Below, one piece after another: positions 1 through 10,399 of a stretch of DNA of 64,000 nucleotides (position 1 is the stretch's first letter; every line of letters starts with the position of its first letter). The translations under genes and the position numbers were made by a program. Source of the DNA: Hemiscyllium ocellatum (Eukaryota); NCBI RefSeq assembly GCF_020745735.1, contig NC_083410.1, positions 32,338,117-32,402,116 of the forward strand, in the 5' to 3' direction. The notes under the pieces were generated by a model that was not told the origin of the DNA, did no database searches, and saw only the letters and a list, made by a program, of their open reading frames with translations.

Positions 1-1838
1 AAGGGGACATGAGATAGCTTTGGCAAATAGGGTTAAGGAGAATCCAAAGGGTTTTTACAAATATATTAAGGACAAAAGGGTAACTGGGGAGAGAATAGGG
101 CCCCTCAAAGATCAGCAAGGCGGCCTTTGTGTGGATCCGCAGGAGATGGAGGAGATACTAAACAAGTATTTTGCATCAGTGTTTACTGTGGAGAGGGGCA
201 TGCATGATGTACAATGTTGGGAAATAGATGGTGACATCTTGCAAAATGTTCATACTACAGAGGAAGAGGTGCTGGATGTCTTGAAACGCATAAAAGTGGA
301 TAAATTCCCTGGACCTAATCAGGTGTACCCTAGAGCTCTATGGGAAGGTAGGGAAGTGATTGCTGGGCCCCTTGCTGATATATGTGTATCATCGATAGTC
401 ACAGGTGCACTGCCGGAAGACTGGAGGTTGGCTAACGTGGTGCCACTATTTAAGAAAGGTGTTAAGGAAAAAATAGGGATCTATAGAATGGTGAGCCTGA
501 CATCAGTGGTGGTCAAGTTGTTGGAAGGAATCCTGAGGGAGGATTTAGGTGTCTTTGGAAAGGCAAGGACTGATTAGGGACAGTCAACCATGGCATTATG
601 CATGGGAAATTGTCTCACAAACTTAATTGAGTTTTTAGAAGAAGGAAGATTGATGAAGGCAGAATAATGGATGTGATCTATATCAGTAAGGAATTTGATA
701 AGGTTCCACATGGTAGACTGGTTAGCAAGGTTAGATCTCATGGAATACAGGGAGAACTAGCAATTTGGATACAGAACTGACTCGCAGGTAGAAGACAGAG
801 GGTGGTGGTGGAGGGTTGTTTTTCCGACTGGAGGCCTGTGATCAGTGGTGTGCCACAAGGATTGGTGCTGGGTCCAAAAATGACTTTTTGTCATATAAAT
901 AAATGATTTGAATGTGAACAGAGGAGGTAGAGTTAGTAAGTTTGCAGATGACTCCAAAATTGGAGGTGTAGTGGACAGCCAAGAAGGTAACCTCAGTGTA
1001 CAATGGGATCTCAATCAGATGGGTCACTGGACTGAGAAGTTTAATTTAGATAAATGTGAGGTATTGCATTTTGGGAAAGCAAACTTAGCAGGACTTATGA
1101 TAAGGTCTTGGGAAGTGTTGCTGAACAAAGAGACCTTGGAGTGCAGGTTCATAGTTCCTTGAAAATGGAGTCGGAGGTAGATAAGATAATGAAGAAGGCA
1201 TTTGGTATGCTTTCCTTTATTGGTCAGTGCCTTGAGAATAGGAGTTGGGAAGTCATGTTGCGGCTGTACAGGACATTGGTTTGGCCACTTTTGGAATATT
1301 GTGTGCAATCCTGGTCTCCATTCTATTTGGAAGAATGTTGTGTAACTTAAAAGGGTTCAGAAAAGATTTATAAGCATGTTGCCAAGGTTGGAGGATTTGA
1401 GCTACAGGGAGAGGCTGAACAGGCTGGGGCTGCATTCCCTGGAACGTCAGAGGCTGAGGGGTGACCTTATACAGGCTTATAAAATCATGAGCAGCATGGA
1501 TAAGATAAATAGACAAGGCCTTTTCCCTAGTTGGGAAAGTCCAGAACTAGAAGGCATAGGTTTATGGTGAGAGGGGAAAGATGTAAAAGAGATCAAAGAG
1601 TCAACTTTTTCACACAGAGGGTGGTGCATTTAGGGAATGAGCTCCCAGAGGAGGTGGTGAAGGCTGGGATGATTACAGCATTTAAAAGGCATCTGAATGG
1701 GTTTACGAATATGAAGGGTTTAGAGAGGTATGGACCGGATCCTAGAAAATGGGATTGGATTAGGTTAGGATATCTAGTTGGCATGGACGAGTTGAACCAA
1801 AGGGTTTGTTTCCGTTCTGTACACCTCTATGACTCTAT
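1..1838 (+). mobile_element. CR1-clade LINE (HER1-like), ORF2 RT region to 3' tail, frameshifted
   Basis: ORF fragments [52 protein letters not shown]; ends in a CTCTATGACTCTAT tail at ~1825-1838; runs off the left window edge. Confidence 0.95.
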
Positions 1839-3334
1839 ATTGTGGCTAACAAGAAGCAGAATGGCCTAAAACCTTGCTAATTATATTGGGACGGTGTATT
1901 TAAAATTGTTGCATTTTAAACCAATGTAGTTTCTAATACAGTGTGATCATAAATATTAAAATCAGATGGATATTTGGTTGCAGTCAAAAGCATCCTTGAT
2001 GTCCCAAATATACCTTAGCCCTAACCCCAGAACACCTCTTATTTTGTTTCAGTCCTGAGGACTGCCTTAACATGTAGGTTTGAAGATATCTATTTTAATT
2101 GCACAATAGAAATTCCATTTTTCAGGTCTTTTTGTATCCTCTATTACATTTTCTTTTGTTTGGAAATGTACAGCAAGGCTGAGTGATAACAGTAGCAAAT
2201 ATCTGTGAAGCTAAAGGCAATGATAATGCACTTAATCTGGAGAATCCGCGACTATGTTGCCTCCATAAAACAACTTCCTTATTTTCAGTGGAAACGTAGC
2301 AAAGACCTAATGGAACTGGTAACAAAAAAAATTCTGAATAATGCACTTTCCTTGTATTAAATATATTACTATGTTGAAATGAACATGAATTCTCATTGTA
2401 AATGTCTTATGTTTAACCATTAGCCGCATACCTCTCACACGTGTATCCACATTGGCCTAGATTTTCAGCACATCAAGAGGATGGTGAAATGTGTTCTTCT
2501 GAGAAGATTCACTCTGAACCTGGCTGATTTCCAGTCTTGGAGCCATGTGCACAATCTTAGTAGAAACATCGATTCCATCAAGGGATTGGCTGAGATTAAT
2601 GACAGCATTTATTGCTCACTACAACATTGCTGCTATATATTTTAAATTCTTAAAATATTTGCTGCTATAATTCCTTGAATGATTGGTCACAGTAACTCCC
2701 ATAGATGTTTAGACTATTAAGAATTTAAATAATCTATACAGACAGTCACTGTTAAAGCCATATATGGAATCATATTTGTTGGTAAAAGCATTTGTAAGCC
2801 CAGAATTTCATATATCAGGGACTCTCTTACAGTCTATACTGTCTATACCAAGAAATGCCATACTGTATCCAATGTTTTTGTAGGTTAAATGGTAGAAGAT
2901 ACATCAGGTAATGTATTTTAATTGTTTCAACATCATAGTAATATAATCACCTTGTTACAATCAGACAAGAAGAGATAATTTAGCTTCCTTTTCCTTAACC
3001 CTTCTCAGCCAATGGTATTGTCTTTGATATACGGCTATTACACATTAATTAAGATGTCACGGTGATCAAAATTAAAGTTTTCTCAAATAAAAGAAGGAAG
3101 AATTGTATTACTTACTAACCCTGAGAAAAGTAATAAAATACAACATCAAAAACGTAAGGGAAAAATTTCAGCAGATCGAGCAGCTAAACACTGAGCATCT
3201 GAAATAACACCACAGAGGCCAGTTACCTGTCATCAAGTCATCCTTTATTTATACGTGGAGAGTCCTTGTCACTGATCCAGCCCCCTCAGAGCCAGCTGTC
3301 AGAAGTGTGCTGGATACTCGACACTCCTGTTCTT

Positions 3335-4078
3335 TTTTTTTCTTTTGTTTTCGGAAGAAGGAGCTCACTGGCAATGAAGGGCAGGACGTTGGAGATCACG
3401 ACTCTCTGGGCCGTGACCTCCAAAGGGTCGACTGGCAAATGCGTCCCGCCCACAGTGAGCCCCCTCTCCACGGCCAGGTGGACCGCCTGCTCGGTCTTAA
3501 GAAAGAATACGGCCTTCCCGTACATGCGGGCCACAGCGACGATGGCCAGTGGGCCAACCACACTAGCCATGGCCTTACTGCAGGCCTTGATGGTCATGTT
3601 GGGATGGGGATAGGCCTTTACCCCCAGGCGTTTAGTCAGGTGCCTGAAGGGGGATGTGGCTGCTTCCGGGGTTGGGACGGCCAAGCCGAAGGCAGCGGCT
3701 ACCCCGGCGTAGGTCCGGCTGGGCCCTGCGACCTTTGGGCTCGCCATACTCTGCTGCTGGAGGTGGGCCTTTGGTGGTAGTAGTGGCGGAAGTCCTGGGG
3801 TTGTGCCCAAGGCCAGTCACCCGAGGAGTGTCCCAGGCAGCGACGGTGGAAACCGGCCTCAGGCAACGGCAGTGGCAGAGGCAGAGGCAGGCTTCGGGTG
3901 AGTCCCAGGTAGGCCCTTGGTCACCAGTAGGGGCAGGCCTGTTGGGAGGGTCCCCAAGGCAAGTTCCAGGCAGCCCCAAAACTGAGTCCCGGGCAGCAGC
4001 GGTGGAGGTGGGCCGCAGGTTGCAGCAGTTGTGGAGGTTGTGGGGAGTGGCCTCAGGCGAATCCCAGGCAGCGGTGGT
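3335..4078 (-). mobile_element. Tx1-clade (L1 group) non-LTR retrotransposon fragment: GC-rich repetitive 5'UTR + first ~132 codons of ORF1 + polyA
   Basis: ATG at 3747 (MASPKVAG...LTKRLGVK...ARMYGKAVFFLKTEQAVHLAVERGLTVGG...LEVTAQRVVISNVLPFI) resembles the Tx1 ORF1 RRM-type region; degenerate polyA at 3335-3351; flanked by GACACTCCTGTTCTT at 3320-3334 and 4079-4093. Confidence 0.85.
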
Positions 4079-4093
4079 GACACTCCTGTTCTT

Positions 4094-4582
4094 TTCTTTT
4101 TGTTGTTAAAGACAATTTTATTTCTAATTTTACTGAAATATCTAAATAGCATCACTTGAAATCCATTCCAGAACCTTATTACACATCATCTGCTGCAGCA
4201 GGTGCATCACCACCCTTGGTATTTCGTGTATATGTGTGCTCTATGTTTGCACACCAACTTGATCATGCCTTTTGAAAGCAGCTCCTGGAGGGCAGCTCTA
4301 GCCAGTGAACCTCTGATTTTTAACCTTTCAGAGACAACAGCAGGCGTGATGAGTTTGTAGTTGGGTATCTCTTTCAACAGCTTATCGTATGTGGCTTTGT
4401 CAAACAGGATCAAGTTGTTCAGCTTGTCTCTTACTTTTCCTTTTGACCACTTCTTTTTCTTGACCTTGCCCCCAGTCTTGTTTACTGGATCTTTATCCTT
4501 TTTGCCTCCTTTGCCTCCATCTTTCTTCTTCTTATCATCTTTTGGAGGCATGTTGCTGCTTCAAGATGTCGGAGCCGAAAAG
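4094..4582 (-). pseudogene. RPS25: Full-length processed pseudogene of 40S ribosomal protein S25 (eS25)
   Basis: Intronless ORF from 4551, [11 protein letters not shown]...[17 protein letters not shown]...[24 protein letters not shown]; small deletions near the C-terminus shift the frame (the native [14 protein letters not shown]-stop lies in another frame, stop at 4179-4181); 5' end CTTTTC (TOP-like) at 4582; AATAAA at 4117-4122; degenerate polyA ~4094-4107; 15-bp TSD at 4079-4093 and 4584-4598. Confidence 0.97.
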
Positions 4583-5148
4583 CGACACTCCTGTTCTTAG
4601 CTGTTAGCCAGGCCTCCCTGATTGGACCAGATTAATAGCCCCAAACAAGGAACTCATATTCCATGAGTTCCACCTGGCTGACCTCATTAGAATCACTAAA
4701 CATCCATGAAGTGTTCTGAGTGTTCAGCAGAGCAGAACCGTGTTCCAACACAGCCTGCAAACCCATGGCCAAATCCTCCACTCTCCCAGTACTAGCAAGC
4801 CAGAGGATCAGCACTGGTTCAAAAGACAGTGGAGAATGGCATGCCAGGAACAGCACCAAATATATTTAAAATAAGTTGAGAGATGATCTCACTCTCTTCG
4901 GAGATGTTATACATTGATACATAGACTGAGGAGTAATTTCCTATCATAGTTACTTCAATAGGTTTTAAGCAGAATGTATGCTTCCAAATCAGACAAATAT
5001 CTTTCCCTGTGGTCTCCCTGTTTTTCACTTTCCTTTTTCCTTACATCAAGCTGTTGGATCTCTCCCTCTCATGTCTCTCATTCCGCATTGAAACTCTGAG
5101 GACTTTGGCTCATCCTTAGTTGATGGTGATATGTTCAATTACAGCAAC

Positions 5149-5709
5149 TATTTGTATCATCGATAGTCACAGGTAAGGTGATGGAAGACTGGAGGTTGGC
5201 TAATGTGATGCCACTGTTTAAGAAAAGTGGTAAGGACAAGACAGGGGACTATAGACCAGTGACCCTGACATCGGTGGTGGGCATGTTGTTGGAGGGAATC
5301 CTGAGGGACAGGGTGTATATGTATTTAGAAAGGCAAGGACTGATTAGGGATAGTCAACATGGCTTTGTGCAGGGGAAATCATGTCTCACAAACTTGATTG
5401 AGTTTTTTGAGGAAGTAACAAAGAGGATTGATGAGGGCAGAGCAGTAGATGTGATCTATATGGACTTCAGTAAGGCATTCAACAAGGTTCCCCATGGGAG
5501 ACTGATTAGCAAGTTAAGATCTCACGGAATACAGGGAGAACTCGCCATTTGGATACAGAACTGGCTCAAAGGTAGAAGACAGAGAGTGGTGGTGGAGGGT
5601 TGTTTTTCAGACTGGATGTCTGTGACCAGTGGAGTGCCACAAGGATTGGTGCTGGGTCCACTTCTTTTCGTCATTTATATAAATGATTTGGATGTGAGCA
5701 TAAGAGATA
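5149..5709 (+). mobile_element. CR1 LINE internal RT fragment
   Basis: ORF 5178-5774: [54 protein letters not shown]. Confidence 0.95.
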
Positions 5710-5752
5710 TACAGAGGAATCTTGATTATCTGAATACCAATTATCTGAAAAT

Positions 5753-6550
5753 TGGTCATGTCTTTTTGTGGTGAGTTGGTGTTCATGTATCCTGGTAGCT
5801 AGTTTTCTGCCTGTTTGTCCAATGTAGTGTTTGTTGCAGTCCTTGCACGGTATTTTATAAATGACATTTTTGCTTGTTGTCTGTATAGGGTCTTTCAAGT
5901 TCATTAGCTGCTGTTTAAGTGTGTTGGTGAGTTTTCAGCTACCATAATGCCGAGGGGTCTGAGTAGTCTGGCAGTCATTTCTGAGATGTCTTTGATGTAG
6001 GGGAGAGTGGCTAGGGTTTCTGGATGTGTTTTGTCTGCTTGTTTGGGTTTATTGCTGAGAAATCAGCGGACTGTGTTCAATGGATACCCATTCTTTTTGA
6101 ATACACGGTATAGGTATAGCCACAAGAAGACATGGCCCTCTCTCACTAGTATCCTCACATACAGATGAGGAAGGACACCACTTCGACTGGGACAACACAT
6201 CCATCCTAGGACAAGCCAAACAAAGACATGCATGAGAATTCCTAGAAGCATGGCATTCCAACTCGATCAACAAACACATCGAGTCAGATCCTATCTACCA
6301 CCCCCGAGAAAAGGAACAGGAAGTGACTTCACCACAGGAAATAACATCACCACAGGAAATGACATCACCAGCCCAAAAAACCCAAACATATAAATAGAAA
6401 GCAGGAATTTTCAGCAGTGCTTCGCCTGAGGCCCACTGAAGATGTTACCTAGTAGGGTGATGAAATGTCTGGAAATGAACCTTAAAGCTCACCGAGCAAA
6501 CCTACATTCAAAACCTCAACCTGAGCTACACATTTTCTCAAAACCCGCTA
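5753..6550. mobile_element. Penelope-like element 3' part with internal inversion (5753-6108 minus; ~6116-6550 plus)
   Basis: Minus strand: NVIYKIPCKDCNKHYIGQTGRKLATRIHEH (GIY-YIG endonuclease). The plus strand continues the same domain, ATRRHGPLSLVSSHTDEEGHHFDWDNTSILGQAKQRHA*EFLEAWHS, followed by an 18-bp triple repeat, TATAAA and a hammerhead motif. Confidence 0.9.
6433..6472 (+). ncRNA. Minimal type I hammerhead ribozyme motif in the Penelope terminal repeat
   Basis: CCA-CTGAAGA(6436-6442)-stem II TGTTACCTAGTAGGGTGAT-GAAA(6462-6465)-TGTC-TGG; the flanking CCA/TGG can form stem I. Confidence 0.7.
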
Positions 6551-7927
6551 CTTAAAATATGTTTACTCACTCTTTAGGCCACAATAACTATTTTGCCAAG
6601 TAGTTGTACATGTCTGAGACCTGTTCTTTAGTGCATTTTAATCAAGCATTCTTTCATGTCAATTGCTTCAGGAGTAGCAATCACTTTTGCATGCTTTCAC
6701 CGGTATTCCAGGATCATGCCGTGCATTCTTCACTTGCAGATGATCTTTCAAAAGATCAAAAGTAAGAGTCAAGACATGTGTATCCTTCCCTCTTGGTCCT
6801 AAGGTTCCAGCTGATGGCCAAATCGTCCAATTCAGTTCCTTTAAAAAAAACTCTCATAAGTAAGGACACAAATATCTCAAGTGAAAATTGTCAACAATTA
6901 ATCTCATTTACAGTTCCCTTTCACTTGATAAGATTCCATTTAATTATGCCTAAGATGCGTTATCCCCATTGCCAGTGTCGCTGGGATGACAGGTTTTTAT
7001 TGTGGTCAAATAATTTCTTCTTAAACAATTCTTCCCATTTTATTAAATATATATGAAAACCCCTAGGCTTTTGTTTAAATTAAAATGTCAAAAAATTAAA
7101 TTTATGTTTCCCCTTAGACATCAATTAAATTTCCCATTCCGTGCTTGAACTAGCAACCTGTATCAAGATATTTTATCAATCCCAATGATGGAAACAATTA
7201 TGGTCGTTTTAAATGGTGTGTTTATATTGCAGGCACAAATAATCAAAGCCAATTTAATGTCCGCCCGTTCTCAAATAATGTCTGAGTAAAATTCCTGTGT
7301 TCCTGGCTTAGTTCTTGAAACCTGTTTGAAAACACAAAAATAAAATCCACTTTGGCTCAAGAAGAAGCTTAATGGGTTAAAAATGCCCAAGCGTGTATGA
7401 ATTTAGAAATGTTCACTATTTAGTCCTGTCCAAATCACACACCTAAAAACCTGGAATGCAGAGGATACATTTTTTTAAAAGCTGTTAGCAGGAAGTTAAT
7501 TCTCTGCTAGTCTGAGAAGGACAGGATCCATACAACCAGGTGACGTCATGTTGTAATTTTACATGTTTTGTTTTAAGAAACTGTCTAAATCGTCTGATAA
7601 TTTCACTTAACAAAAATATTTTGCCTTAAAGAAAACCTTTTTTAAGCGCTTTCTGAAGACTACCCTCAAAAACCAACACAATTATACAGACAAAATTTTA
7701 TCCATTCCAAATTTTGAGTTCAATTTGGATATTTTCCAAAATGCAGCCTATCTATATGCTTTGAGAAGCAGCTTCCCACAGCACAGGTTTTTTTAAAAAA
7801 ATCATAATTGAAAACTGAAGTTTGTGCCACTTACTTGTTGCTAGTGATTCTACCTATGTTCAACTCAATGACAAGATGCCCCTGTACTGAACCCTGTCAA
7901 GACTTGTGGTGAGCCTTTAATGGAGTA

Positions 7928-8229
7928 TTAGATTATCTACAGTATGGAAACAGGCCCTTCAACCCAACAAGTCCACACCGCACCTCCGAAGACTAACCCA
8001 CCCAGACCCATTCCCACCTGACTAATGCACCTAAGACTATGGGCAACTTAGTATGGCCAATTCACCCGATCTGCACATCTTTGGATTGTGAGAGGAAACC
8101 GGACCAAACCCATGCAGACAGAGGGAGATTGTGTAAACTCCACATTGACCATCGCCCAAGGCGGGAATCAAACTCAGGCCCCTAACACTGTGAGACAGCG
8201 GTGCTAACCACTGAGCAACTGTGCCACCC
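7928..8229 (-). mobile_element. HE1-like tRNA-derived SINE
   Basis: Reverse strand begins GGGTGGCACAGTTGCTCAGTGGTTAGCAC, has the core shared with 40462-40775 and a CR1-derived 3' end with a TAATCTAA tail. Confidence 0.9.
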
Positions 8230-9245
8230 ATTGGCAGGGATCCTAGATAATGGTTATGAGGAGCATTAATTACTAAACTACTGGTCTCTTACAGCCATTG
8301 TATTAGGCAGAAGATGCCACTCTTCCGTCCACTCCCATTGCCAACAGCCCCACACGACCACCACAACTTCCATGACATTTATGCAGTTGCGGTCAGTTCA
8401 CTCATCCAGACTGCCTGCCAGGACCTCATATCTATTGGACAATGGCACTGAGTGCGGTTCGTACAAAGATAAATTCTATATTCCAACACCTGCCTCACAC
8501 ACAGTCACAACTTCCTGTTTTTGACCATGGACCAAAGTTAATGTTAATATAAATGGTGTGACCATCTCCTGAAAAGCTGTACCCAGGTAACGCTCCCCCT
8601 TCTTGACGTATTGCAGCAACCCAGCTCAGACTCTTGCTTATAAACTCTGAGCCAAATTTCTTCAATGAACCAATGTTGCAAATATGGATACTGTGGGTCG
8701 TGCCAGGGTCCACTAGTTTTCACATACTACAGATGCAGCACATCTCCTGGACAGCTACCTCTGTTATATTTACTTAATTAATTTGTATGTTAAATATTTT
8801 AAAAATGAATTTTCTAACTTTACTTTTCAACTGTATTAATCTTCCACCAATTTAAACTACTTGGCCAATTTTAACAGACACAGATGAAATTCTGACTGAT
8901 CATCTACCTGTTTTCCTGTCATGTTACAATTCAGCTCTGACAGGTAGAAACAGTTTGAACAGCTTCTCCACTGCCAGTTTTTATCTCCTGTCACTGCCAT
9001 CCTTCTCTCAGACGTTCACTCTCATGGTCTATTTTAGAGTCATGCTGACTTGTTGCACACTCCTCCCTGTCAAGATGTGGCGTTACCCCACCATGTGGCA
9101 TATATGGTATGCCTGGAAAAGTGTGACTATACAATTATGAAATCCTGACCAACAAAAATATTTTAATCTTATAGCTTGTGATTTCCTAGTAGCTAAGTGG
9201 CCTGCTATCATGAACCACTCAAAAGTGTATTACAAAACATCACTT

Positions 9246-10036
9246 AGTCACAGAGTCGTAGAGATGTACAGCACGGAAACAGACCCTTTGGTCCAACTAG
9301 TCCGTGCTGACCAAATATCCCAACCCAATCTAGTCCTATCTGCTAGCACCTGGCCCATATCCCTCCAAACCCTTCCTATTCATATACCCATCCAGATGCC
9401 TTTTAAATGTTGCAATTGTACTAGCCTCCACCAGTTCCTCTGGCAGCTCATTCCGTAAACATACTACCCTCTGCTTGAAAAAGTTGCCCCTTAGGTCTCT
9501 TTTATATCTTTGCCCATTTATTCTTAAACCTATGCCCTCTAGTTCTGGATCCCCACCCCAGGGAAAAAACTTTGTCTATTTATCCTATCCATGATTTTAT
9601 AAACCTCTATAAGATCACCCCTCAGCCTCTGATGGTCCAGGGAAAACAGTCCCAGTCTATTCAACCTCTCTCTATAGCTCAAATCCACCTGGCAACGTCC
9701 TTGTATAGCTTTACTGAACCCTTTCAAGTTTCACAACATCTTTCTGATAAGAAGAAGACCAGAATTACACGCAATATTCCAAAAGTGGCCTAACCAATGT
9801 CCTATACAGCCGCAACATGACCTCCCAACTCCTGTACTCAATACTCTGACCAATAAAGGAAAGCATACCAAAAGTCTTCTTCACTATCCTATCTACCTGC
9901 AACTCCACTTTCAAGGAGCTATGAACCTGTACTCCAAGGTCTCTTTGTTCAGCAACACTCCCTCTGACCTTACCATAAAGTGTATAAGTCCTGCTAAGAT
10001 TTGCTTTCCCAAAATACAGCACCTCGCATTTATCTG
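9246..10036 (-). mobile_element. CR1 LINE 3' fragment
   Basis: DKCEVLYFGK, LYRTLVRPLLEYCV, RLRGDLIEVYK; CTCTAYGA-type tail at the left end. Confidence 0.95.
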
Positions 10037-10399
10037 CCACTCCCCGACTTGATGGGTCATTGTTCATTCATCTTCAGCTGGAATTTGAGAGAGTTCCATT
10101 TCCTTTGAGATTGACTAGATAGGATCTCCGGTGGTGTGATTCCATTTGTGTATATTTGTAGAAGAATTTTATTGCAGTTTTGAATCATCACTCCCTTCTT
10201 AGTGCATTCTAAGGAAAAATGTTGATTTTGTAATATCACTACAGTTTTAACACCTATATCATTTCTGAGTCCTCTTGTTCTGAAGATTCCCTTAACATTC
10301 TTATTACTGCAATAGGTCTCCCATTTAAGTTCCACTAATAGGCTTTTAGATGTCCAGCCTTATTGCAATAGAAACATGTAAAGACCTTCCAGTCACTTT

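Larger units (their letters stand above)
3200..4700 (-). mobile_element. Solo LTR (Gypsy-like), ~237 bp when empty (3200-3334 + 4599-4700), split by two nested insertions
   Basis: TG at 3200; right end ...CACTAAA (CA mutated to AA); 4-bp TSD CATC at 3196-3199 and 4701-4704; minus-strand CCAAT (4621-4625) and AATAAA (3244-3249) in U3-R order. Confidence 0.8.

Noticed and set aside
2127-2360. Possible + strand exon (acceptor TTTTTCAG, short ORF MIMHLIWRIRDYVASIKQLPYFQWKRSKDLMEL, donor GTAACA)
   Set aside because: Weak donor, no recognisable protein and no partner exons found; needs RNA-seq or homology evidence
3266-4155. Several overlapping 100-157 aa ORFs on both strands
   Set aside because: By-products of the GC-rich Tx1 fragment; only the minus-strand frame from 3747 resembles a known protein
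4207-4551. RPS25 as a functional gene
   Set aside because: No introns, polyA and TSD present, C-terminal frameshift: a retrocopy
3320-4598. Three identical 15-mers with unique spacers as a CRISPR-like array
   Set aside because: Eukaryotic context; the spacers are 490-740 bp polyA-tailed RNA copies, so the repeats are TSDs
5710-5752. TACAGAGGAATCTTGATTATCTGAA resembling a pogo/Tigger-type TIR
   Set aside because: Only ~40 bp and no partner TIR found
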